NCBI GenBank assembly: GCA_046861655.1
Contig: JBHIAI010000024.1
Location: forward strand, 1 to 18,223
Direction: 5' to 3'
Source: Fidelibacterota bacterium
Lineage (GTDB): Bacteria; Fidelibacterota; Marinisomatia; Marinisomatales; S15-B10
DNA: 18,223 nt
Part shown: piece by piece, positions 1 through 7,559 of the stretch
Layout of the letters: every line of letters starts with the position of its first letter
Position numbering within the stretch: position 1 is the stretch's first letter
Translations under genes and position numbers: made by a program
Notes under the pieces: model-generated
Told to the model about the DNA's origin: nothing
The model's database searches: none
What the model saw: the letters and a program-made list of their open reading frames with translations, nothing else

Positions 1-3000
1 CAGGTCCGGTTCAGAGGATGTAATATTCGTAATCACCACGGGGCCGTCCCCACTGTTCTCGAATCCCAGGTTGAAGGTGTCCGCCTCACCCACCTCGCCC
101 ACCAGAAAGATGTCATCCAGGAAAGCCGATACCTGGCCTGTTCCGAACAATCCCGGAGTGAACGTCACCTCATCCAGCCAGCCGGCGTCATCCCCGGCGG
201 ATCCAGAACTGTTCTTTTCATAACTCCAGCTCACATAGGTGTAATCGCAGACGTTCAAACTTCCCTGCTGCCAGTCCACTTCCCCACTGATGGCGTCCAC
301 TTCATTTCCCTCCTCATACAGACGAAGGAAGTCACCCCCGTCCTCCGAGGAAACCTTCCACCAGAAGCTCACGGTCCCGGCACCGTTGATCTCGATATCG
401 GCATCCAGCCAGGAGTCACCATCATCCCCTATGGCGCCGCTCTGGGCTGCATCGATGCCGTCGTGCGTCACCGTCCCCTGACCGAACCAGGGCTGATCGC
501 CGCCGGTGTACCAGTCGAGAGAAACGTTGTCCACGGCATCAGGAATAGGGATTTCAGGCTCGAACTGACTGCAATCCTCCAGATTGACATCCTGATTTGT
601 CACCTGAACTCCGCCGGAAATACTGATACCTCGCCGCATACCGGCCAGATCCTCTCCCGGATCGCATGTGTCGGGACCGACACCGGCGGAACCGGCTTGA
701 TCCAGAAAGGCTGCCACGGTGTAGCCATTCCCATCGGGGAGATCCGTGAATTCATAGAACCATGTGGCCCCGGGAGACTGAAAATCAACGTACACCTCAG
801 GCTGGACGATGTCAGGAGGATCCATGTCCGGGTCACTTGCGGGGAACCACAAGGCCAGGTAGAGCTGTCCATCGGCGGCCTTGGAAGCGATGAGATCCCC
901 ACTGATGGATCCCGTCCCTACGGGCGGATAGCCCACTGCAAAATCGATATCGAAGGCCGCTCCACCCGAGATTTCAAACTCGCCGCTTTTCCCTTTCATC
1001 TCGCCCTGATCAGGAAAGAAGTTCTGATTCTCATCCAGAAACGCCCTCACCTCCCAGCCGAAGGCGTCATAGATCCCCGGCTCATCAAAGACGTAGAAGT
1101 AGTCCCCGGGAAAGGATGTGCCGGGAAAGGACCGTTCAAAGTCGGGACTCCAGGGCGACTCGTTCCCGGGTTCGAACAGGCCCACGACCAGCTCACCCGA
1201 GCCCGTTTCCGTGGACGTGATGGTCCCGTCCACATGACCCATCACACCGGGGGTGGCCCAGACTTCCATGGTCTCATACCGGATGCCCGCCTGATCGAAC
1301 ATCCACAGTTTGTAGTAATAGTCCTGGCCCTCTACAACATCCACATCCCGCCAGCTGGTCACATTCACGTTCGGTTCGTTCAAAACCGTGGGATCAGCCA
1401 GGGTGACATTCCCCGAGTTGTTGCGATGGATTTCATACCGGTTGAAATCGCTATCCACATCCGGCCACCGGTCCCAGTTGAGGTCGATGAAATCAGTTCC
1501 CACATCGCCTATCCACAGACCCACAGCCCCGGCGATCGGAACCAGTGGAAGATCGATACCTGTGACGGAACCTGCGTCCAGGTTAATTTTCCCTGACGCC
1601 AGGTCCGTCCCGTACCACGCCTCCGCCTCCGGCGTTGGGGGCTGAAAGGTATTGTCTTCATCGAACACCGCGCCCACATAGTAGTCATGTCCCGGTTGAA
1701 GAATGGGATCGTCAATCACGTAGGGAACGGGATTCATGAAGTCCACGGGGGGACCGATAAAAACCGTGGTCACCGGTCCCTCGGGAGGGAACGGCCACTC
1801 AGAGGGATCCTCCCATACATCGACAAACAATTCCCCGTTGGGATAGTTCTGCTCAAAGCCCGGGTACGTGACGTTGCCGGAGATGGTCCGTGTTACCTCG
1901 TTGATTTCGTCCCAGAACGCCTGGGCCCGGCGGCTGGCCTGCCGAAGGGCAGTGAGGTCCGCCCCCGCCACCAGGGCAAAGGCCACCCTGAGGGAATCAT
2001 CAGACGGCAGAGTAAACGGACCCAACGCCTCCACGATCCGGTAGTCATCAGGACTGTCCCCCGAGGTATTATCGATCCCGGGCGACGACAGGGCCCGGAA
2101 AATCTGTCCCTCTGTGACCGGGGTGAACACACCCCCACCCCACCGTCTGAACACAGTGGGATCCTGATCCAGCATCCGGATGCCCGCGTAGCCCCAGTCC
2201 CCCAGATCATTGTACATAAAGGCCAGACGGTCAGGGGCCTCATAGCCTGAGAGATTCACGGTGTAGTCGGAAATATCGAAATCGGCAAAACTGGCCAGGT
2301 ACAGATTGCTGTAGGTCTCCCCGCTCCAGTTGTACAGGGTGTACTCCTGGATGATAAACGGTTCATCTGTAGCGCTGAAAGTGGCCTCCTCCACATCGAT
2401 ATCCAGATCGAGCCTGTCGCCGTAGCCGGTCCAGGTTTCCACGTAGTCGGTCTCCGGATAGACTTCGATGGGATACAAAGGCAGGAAGTCATCTCCGTAG
2501 AGGCGCACCGCAAAAGTATCCAGAACGTCATTCACGAACGCAAAGAGAAACTGGCCGATAAACAGGTGGTGGTTACCGCTCCCCGGGGGGAATTCCAGGG
2601 ATGGTTCCGTACTGCCCGCCGTGGAGGAAATGTTCCTGGATTCTGTCCGCAGGTTCCGGCCGGGGCTGGAGACTTCCGCACGGGTCGATTTCTTCGAGAC
2701 CGTTCCCTCATGGGAGGACGATCCGGAAAGGCCCAAGATACTCGTGGTGGTGGTTGTTCCCACCGAGCCTCCCAGGGCCCCCGTCCAGCCATCATTCCGT
2801 ATGGTATGGGAGATGGCCCCTGTGGCCAGGACGTGGGTGGACACGTCTTCGATGGTGAACACGCCGTCGCTTTCGTCTTCGGCCGAGACCCCCTCGGCAT
2901 CGTATGCGATCACCTTCACCATAGCGGTGGTGACAGGACCACGGGGAATACGCCACCTGAACCGGCCGTCGTTCACCAGGGAGTCCCGTATACTCGTGTA

Positions 3001-5976
3001 ATTGATCCCTCCGTCAGGAGAGTACAGCAGGCTAATCCGGGTCACCGAATCGTCATCGGTGGCCTGCCACCGGATAAGATGAAAGTGATCCTCGCTCCAC
3101 AGTTGTCCACCATTGGGGCTCAACAGTGTCACCGCCGGGGCTACGTTGCCGGCCCCGGGCGTGGCACTGGCCTCACTGGAAAAATCGCTCTCGTTCTCTG
3201 CCGTGTCCACGGCTGTAAGCCGGTAATAGTAGGTAATATCATTGATGAGACCGGTGAGGGTCCGGGTGGTATCGTTCACACTCGTTGTGGAATCCACCTG
3301 GTCGACGGGACCGGGGCTGGTATCTCCATAGATCCGGTATTTGACAACATCCCCTTCCGTATTCTCTGCCCAGGTGAGTTTCACCTGCCCGTCTCCTGCC
3401 TGGGCGATCAAACCGGTAGGTGCCGCCGGAGGCGTATTGTCCCCTGGGGTGACGTTGACCTCATTAGAAAAATTGCTTTCATTGTTCGCCGTATCCACGG
3501 CGGTGATGTGGTAGTAGTAGGTTGTACCGTTGGCTAGACCGGTAATGGTTTTCGTAGTATCCCCGGGGCTTAAAGTGGAATCTACCGGGGTGGTGGGTGC
3601 AGGGGTGGTTCCCCCATAGATGCGGTATTTATCGGCGTCGTCCTCGTCATTCCGGTTCCAGGTAAGAGTAACCTGGCGATCGCCCGCTTCCGCTACCAGA
3701 CCTGTCGGTGCGGCCGGTGGCGTAAGATCCCGGGGAGCGATGGATACCTCAGCGGAATAACCGCTCTCGTTGCCCGCATTGTCCACGGCGGTGATCCGGT
3801 AGTAATAGGTGGTATAATTGATCAGCCCGGTGATGGTTCTTGTCGTATCGCCGATAGTGGTCGTGGAGTCCACCTTGGTAACCGGAGCGGGACTGGTATC
3901 CCCATAAATCCGGTATTTTCCCACGTCCGTTTCCGGGTTCTGATTCCAGGTGAGGGTGATTTCCGTGTCTCCTGCCTCAGCCACAACACCTGTGGGAGCC
4001 GACGGGGCTGTTTCGTCCCCGGGGGTGGCCGCGATCTCATTGGAGTACCCGCTCTCGTTCCCTCCAGTGTCCACGGCTGTGACACGGTAATAATAGGTCT
4101 GTCCGTTGGTGAGACCTGTGAGGGTCGTGGTGGTGTCACCGGCATTGGTTGTGGAGTCCACCTGGGTGGTGGGGGAGGAGGCTATATCGCCATACACCCT
4201 GTACTTGGCCACGTCCCCCTCGGAATTCTTATTCCAGGTAAGGACGATCTCTCCATCTCCCGCGGACGCGGTCAGGCCGGCGGGTGCGCCGGGAGCGATG
4301 TCGATCGCAAAAGTTACCTCCGGGGCAAAACTCGATCCCGTGAAGCCGTTATCGATGGCCTGCAGGGACCAGTAATAGGTACCGTCCGGGAGATTTTTCA
4401 CCGTCCAGCTCGTCCGTTGACCTGCATTCCCCATGGCGGGAACCTTTCTGCGCCCCTCATTCACACCGGAGGTGAACGCCATGGGCGAAACCGTCTCCAC
4501 ACCCCCGGGAGACGTTCCCACTCTCACGTTATAGGTGAGGGCGTTCTGAGCGGTTTCGGTATCCGTGAACTTGGCCCAGCTCAGGTCTGCCGAATTCTCT
4601 GAGATCACATTGATCAACGTCGGGGAGGAGGGAACCGAAGGAGCGGTGTTGGCCGTTTGTGCGTCATTCCGGTACACTTTGGTGAGGGCGTCCGTATCCG
4701 TCTGTCCCGACACGAGAAGATCCAGATCGCCGTCGTTGTCGTAGTCCCCCCACGCCACAGAACTGTGGAATACTGTGGTAAGGTTCGCCCCTATATCGGA
4801 GAAGGTGTCGTTGCCGTTGTTCCTGTACACTGCGGTATGCCGCCCGATGTTGAGTCCTCCGGCAAGGGCTACGTCCAGGTCGCCGTCATTGTCATAGTCG
4901 CCCCAGGCGGCCGAGCTGTAGCTCACGCCCGTGAACCCTGCAGTGGCCATTTCTGTAAAACTTCCCCCGGTGCTCACATCGTTGCGGTAGAGTTTGGTGA
5001 TGCCGCTGGTCCCGTCGTCCCCCGTTACCAGGACATCGAGATCGCCATCGTTGTCGTAGTCGCCCCATTGGGCGGTGCCGTTGAAAACACCGGTAAACGA
5101 AGCGGAGATGTCAGTGAACGTGCCGTCGGTATTCTTGTAAATGCTTGCGATATACGGAGAGGTCCCGGTGTTGTCTCCGGTCATGAGGAGATCCAGGTCG
5201 CCGTCTTCGTCGTAGTCCCCCCAGGCCACGGAGCCTCCGGTAACGCCGGGAAGACCGGCGGAAATGTCACTGAAGGAGCCGTCGGTATTCTCGTAGATTT
5301 GAGATACCCGGGTGCTTCCGTTGAATCCCGTGATGGCCAGATCCAGATCGCCATCGTTGTCGTAGTCCCCCCAGGCCACCGAGCTGAGGTTGACCCCGGT
5401 GATGGAAGCGCCCACATCGGTAAGGGTGGCATCGCCGTTGTTGCGGTACACCTTGGCGATGCGTTCCGTACCGGTGTATCCGGTGATCACCACATCCAGA
5501 TCACCGTCGTTATCGTAGTCCCCCCAGGCGGCATCACCGTTGTAGGTGCCGGTCAACACCGCGGTCAGGCTCTGGGTGAAGCTCCCATTCGTGTAGATCG
5601 CTGCGTTGGATGTTACGGCGGAAAGGTCGGAATCCCCGGTGAGGAGGATATCCAGGTCCCCATCGTTATCAAAGTCCCCCCAGGCTACTGATCCATCGAA
5701 GACCCCCAACAACCCAGCAGAAATATCCACGAACAGGGGAGGCGAAACAGCCGGCCAGAAACCGGCGCCGTGCTGGTAGGATGAACTGCTGAGTCCAGTC
5801 CCTGTGACAGCCTGGCCAACGGTTCCGGTCAGATCGTAGTTGGCGCTGGTGACACTCTCGCCGCCGTTTCCAACCACGCTGCTGGGGATGTCGTAGCTCT
5901 GGGCCACGATACTGTGTTGAAATAAGAAGACGGCTGTGAAAGCAATAAGAATTGGTTTGATCCGGCTCTTTCTCAT
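1..5976 (-). CDS. Giant secreted multidomain surface protein, 3'-truncated (>1992 aa): signal peptide, ~50-aa N-terminal module, 7x VCBS/FG-GAP-like repeats, capping FN3, 4 tandem FN3, Ig-like domain, unnamed FCB-type domain, repeated beta-sandwiches, FN3, CBM-like jelly roll, start of a choice-of-anchor-D/ASH-like Ig domain
   Basis: Hand translation from ATG 5976 (MRKSRIKPILIAFTAVFLFQHSIVA|QSYDIPSS...) stays open to base 1 (...ITNITSSEPDL). Absent from the ORF track because no stop falls inside the window. Contains seven WGD(Y/F)DxDGDLD motifs and FN3 signatures (LTW...YRIY...TYYYR.TAVD). An in-frame alternative ATG lies at 6039 and the upstream in-frame stop is at 6085-6087. Confidence 0.93.
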   Translation of the reverse strand, partial: MRKSRIKPILIAFTAVFLFQHSIVAQSYDIPSSVVGNGGESVTSANYDLTGTVGQAVTGTGLSSSSYQHGAGFWPAVSPPLFVDISAGLLGVFDGSVAWGDFDNDGDLDILLTGDSDLSAVTSNAAIYTNGSFTQSLTAVLTGTYNGDAAWGDYDNDGDLDVVITGYTGTERIAKVYRNNGDATLTDVGASITGVNLSSVAWGDYDNDGDLDLAITGFNGSTRVSQIYENTDGSFSDISAGLPGVTGGSVAWGDYDEDGDLDLLMTGDNTGTSPYIASIYKNTDGTFTDISASFTGVFNGTAQWGDYDNDGDLDVLVTGDDGTSGITKLYRNDVSTGGSFTEMATAGFTGVSYSSAAWGDYDNDGDLDVALAGGLNIGRHTAVYRNNGNDTFSDIGANLTTVFHSSVAWGDYDNDGDLDLLVSGQTDTDALTKVYRNDAQTANTAPSVPSSPTLINVISENSADLSWAKFTDTETAQNALTYNVRVGTSPGGVETVSPMAFTSGVNEGRRKVPAMGNAGQRTSWTVKNLPDGTYYWSLQAIDNGFTGSSFAPEVTFAIDIAPGAPAGLTASAGDGEIVLTWNKNSEGDVAKYRVYGDIASSPTTQVDSTTNAGDTTTTLTGLTNGQTYYYRVTAVDTGGNESGYSNEIAATPGDETAPSAPTGVVAEAGDTEITLTWNQNPETDVGKYRIYGDTSPAPVTKVDSTTTIGDTTRTITGLINYTTYYYRITAVDNAGNESGYSAEVSIAPRDLTPPAAPTGLVAEAGDRQVTLTWNRNDEDDADKYRIYGGTTPAPTTPVDSTLSPGDTTKTITGLANGTTYYYHITAVDTANNESNFSNEVNVTPGDNTPPAAPTGLIAQAGDGQVKLTWAENTEGDVVKYRIYGDTSPGPVDQVDSTTSVNDTTRTLTGLINDITYYYRLTAVDTAENESDFSSEASATPGAGNVAPAVTLLSPNGGQLWSEDHFHLIRWQATDDDSVTRISLLYSPDGGINYTSIRDSLVNDGRFRWRIPRGPVTTAMVKVIAYDAEGVSAEDESDGVFTIEDVSTHVLATGAISHTIRNDGWTGALGGSVGTTTTTSILGLSGSSSHEGTVSKKSTRAEVSSPGRNLRTESRNISSTAGSTEPSLEFPPGSGNHHLFIGQFLFAFVNDVLDTFAVRLYGDDFLPLYPIEVYPETDYVETWTGYGDRLDLDIDVEEATFSATDEPFIIQEYTLYNWSGETYSNLYLASFADFDISDYTVNLSGYEAPDRLAFMYNDLGDWGYAGIRMLDQDPTVFRRWGGGVFTPVTEGQIFRALSSPGIDNTSGDSPDDYRIVEALGPFTLPSDDSLRVAFALVAGADLTALRQASRRAQAFWDEINEVTRTISGNVTYPGFEQNYPNGELFVDVWEDPSEWPFPPEGPVTTVFIGPPVDFMNPVPYVIDDPILQPGHDYYVGAVFDEDNTFQPPTPEAEAWYGTDLASGKINLDAGSVTGIDLPLVPIAGAVGLWIGDVGTDFIDLNWDRWPDVDSDFNRYEIHRNNSGNVTLADPTVLNEPNVNVTSWRDVDVVEGQDYYYKLWMFDQAGIRYETMEVWATPGVMGHVDGTITSTETGSGELVVGLFEPGNESPWSPDFERSFPGTSFPGDYFYVFDEPGIYDAFGWEVRAFLDENQNFFPDQGEMKGKSGEFEISGGAAFDIDFAVGYPPVGTGSISGDLIASKAADGQLYLALWFPASDPDMDPPDIVQPEVYVDFQSPGATWFYEFTDLPDGNGYTVAAFLDQAGSAGVGPDTCDPGEDLAGMRRGISISGGVQVTNQDVNLEDCSQFEPEIPIPDAVDNVSLDWYTGGDQPWFGQGTVTHDGIDAAQSGAIGDDGDSWLDADIEINGAGTVSFWWKVSSEDGGDFLRLYEEGNEVDAISGEVDWQQGSLNVCDYTYVSWSYEKNSSGSAGDDAGWLDEVTFTPGLFGTGQVSAFLDDIFLVGEVGEADTFNLGFENSGDGPVVITNITSSEPDL
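3157..4302 (-). repeat. Four tandem fibronectin type III domains (96-aa / 288-nt period)
   Basis: Units begin DIAP/DETAP/DLTPP/DNTPP (Asp codons at 4302, 4017, 3729, 3441). Each has APxG..A.AGD....LTW..N.E.D..KYR.YG, VDST, and TYYY(R/H).TAVD...NES..S.E. Confidence 0.9.
4665..5735 (-). repeat. Seven VCBS/FG-GAP-like repeats (predicted 7-bladed Ca-binding beta-propeller) in the 1..5976 protein
   Basis: Seven WGD(Y/F)D(N/E)DGDLD motifs about 47-53 aa apart, each followed by (I/V/L)YxN. The DxDxDG loop is an established Ca-binding motif. Confidence 0.9.
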
Positions 5977-6098
5977 TCCCTCAAAACCTTCATTTTCATG
6001 ATCATTGGCCCCTGATACGACGTGATTATCCGGTCTCATTATTCCCTGGTTCTTAACGGCGATTCCTTTGTACGGTTCGGATTCTTACTGTCGTCAAA

Positions 6099-7472
6099 CT
6101 ACCCCTTGCCAATTACTAGCCAGTTTGATCCGTCGGAAATGATCTCAACCCAATTCCATTGCTCATTCACACTAGTACTCGCTCCGCCATCAATGGTTTC
6201 TGTACCGGATGGGTAAACATTCACGTACATAGCAGCAGTGGCTCCGATTCTCTTGATGATGTATCTTCTGCCCTTTATTCCCACGGCAGTAGGTAACGTG
6301 ACGCTCGTGGTTGTAGTGTTGTTTACCAGAATCAGATAGTCAGAAGCTGAAATGGTGTAAGATCCAATCGTCGTAGTAACAGCAGATGTGGCAAAGCTGC
6401 CGCTTATTTCAAAGGTGCTGGTGGGGCTCGTCGTCCCGATGCCGACCCTGCTGTTTGTATCGTCAAAATAGAGGCTCCCCGCACCTCCGAAACTCCCGCC
6501 GTTGTTGTACTGGACCTGACCGTCTGATCCTGCAGGTGAAGCCGACACGGTGGACCAGGAGAGCGTACCCGTCCCATTCGTGGACAGGAGCTGCCCACCG
6601 GACCCATCGGCTGAAGGCCAGGTGTAGGCAACGCCACCTAAAGTCGTTGCGCCACTCACACCAAAAGTACCTGAGACGTCAAGAGTTGTGGTAGGAGTGA
6701 CAGTTCCGATGCCCAGGCGGGTGTTCGCCTCGTCGTATGCGGAGGAGGTACCAAAGTTGATCTTGCCCTTGGTAGCATTCGACGTCGATTCGAGGGTCAG
6801 AGTGCCTGAGGCCGCCGTGCCTCCACTCAGGGTCTGTCCCCCCGTGCGACCGTCAAGGAGCGCGTACTGGGAATGATCGTCATCGGCCAGACCAGAGAGA
6901 CCCCCATGATCCGTCAGACCCGCCTGCCAGGTGCCGACACCACTGGCGTCTGAAGTCAACACGTAGCCGTTCACGGGGCTCGTCGTCAACTTGAATCCCG
7001 TCATCTGCGCTGTTCCGGCAACATCCAATTTGTCAGCTGGAGACGTCGTTCCAATACCCACGTTCCCGCTGGAAGGGAATACATTCGCTGTCCCCAGCAC
7101 GGAAAGGGAATTCAAGCTGTAAGGAGAAGACGTCAACTTGATCCGGGGGGACATCTCTGAATCTGTCCCAACGGTCACTCCCAACCAGTACTGCTTGTCA
7201 AAGTCCAGGCTGAGAGCGGTCACGCTCCCCAATATGACGTTGAAGATCCCGTCCGTGACCGATACAGCCGAATGGGTTTCACTCCAGAGGGACGTGCCTG
7301 CTGTTTCCACGTCGTAGAGGCTGACGGTGATGGAATAGGTCCCGTCGGATACCAGCGTGCCATCACTGTTCTTAAGAATCCCCTGGTAACTGATTGTCCC
7401 GGGAATCTGACCTACGACGACCTGCGAAATCAGTCCCAAAGACAACAGGAAAGTGAGACATGTACGTTTCAT
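6099..7472 (-). CDS. Secreted phage-tail-fibre-like (probably trimeric) adhesin, ~457 aa
   Basis: Start is better placed at ATG 7472 (AAGGAG RBS upstream; MKRTCLTFLLSLGLISQVVVG|QIP signal peptide) than at the track start 7541. N-terminal 'ISYQG.L...G.Y...LYD...LWSETH...V.DG.F.V.LG...WLGVTVG...EMSPR..LTS.PY' domain, three (V/L)GIGT.(S/T)P shaft repeats, a DHGGLSGLADDDHSQY motif, a GSDGQVQYNNGGSFGG motif, and a C-terminal TLP.A...G..Y.IK...TIDG...SDG.NW head. Confidence 0.85.
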   Translation of the reverse strand: MKRTCLTFLLSLGLISQVVVGQIPGTISYQGILKNSDGTLVSDGTYSITVSLYDVETAGTSLWSETHSAVSVTDGIFNVILGSVTALSLDFDKQYWLGVTVGTDSEMSPRIKLTSSPYSLNSLSVLGTANVFPSSGNVGIGTTSPADKLDVAGTAQMTGFKLTTSPVNGYVLTSDASGVGTWQAGLTDHGGLSGLADDDHSQYALLDGRTGGQTLSGGTAASGTLTLESTSNATKGKINFGTSSAYDEANTRLGIGTVTPTTTLDVSGTFGVSGATTLGGVAYTWPSADGSGGQLLSTNGTGTLSWSTVSASPAGSDGQVQYNNGGSFGGAGSLYFDDTNSRVGIGTTSPTSTFEISGSFATSAVTTTIGSYTISASDYLILVNNTTTTSVTLPTAVGIKGRRYIIKRIGATAAMYVNVYPSGTETIDGGASTSVNEQWNWVEIISDGSNWLVIGKG

Positions 7473-7479
7473 CGCCTTT

Positions 7480-7485
7480 CTCCTT
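7480..7485 (-). promoter_or_regulatory. Shine-Dalgarno (AAGGAG) for the fibre gene
   Basis: Minus strand reads gcAAGGAGaaaggcgATG, with 7 nt between the SD and ATG 7472. Confidence 0.75.
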
Positions 7486-7559
7486 GCGTTCACTCTATTA
7501 ATTGATATGCTTGTTGAATGGTTAAATCTTTTGGGAATCAAGAATTCCGATAAGATCCG

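Noticed and set aside
4720..5690. Recurring ~30-nt gtcgtagtccccccaggc motif resembling CRISPR repeats (also 15780-16740)
   Set aside because: The period is ~140-160 nt, copies vary at synonymous positions, they encode propeller blades, and no cas genes are present.
463..5691. Long plus-strand ORFs 463-1596, 1687-2250, 2566-3537 and 4657-5691
   Set aside because: They are codon-aligned antisense shadows of the 1..5976 gene. The repetitive IAIVVVVPP text is the reverse complement of WGDYDNDGDLD.
6006..6035. Intergenic frame reading IITSYQG, resembling the fibre's TISYQG (possible gene remnant)
   Set aside because: The match is too short and needs gaps at the DNA level; probably chance.
6067..6097. 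TTGACG...TACAAA promoter-like pair on the minus strand
   Set aside because: The spacer is 19 nt and the -10 is weak, so support is insufficient.
6099..6400. Fibre tip as a diversity-generating retroelement target
   Set aside because: No template repeat differing at adenines and no reverse transcriptase in the window; a remote DGR cannot be excluded.
6099..7541. Prophage interpretation of the tail-fibre-like gene, and the track start at 7541
   Set aside because: The gene has a Sec signal peptide and no phage neighbours. ATG 7472 has a strong RBS and gives a proper signal peptide.
7534..7548. GGAAT-N5-ATTCC hairpin after the CsgG-like gene as a terminator
   Set aside because: The stem is short and weak and has no U-tract on the coding strand.
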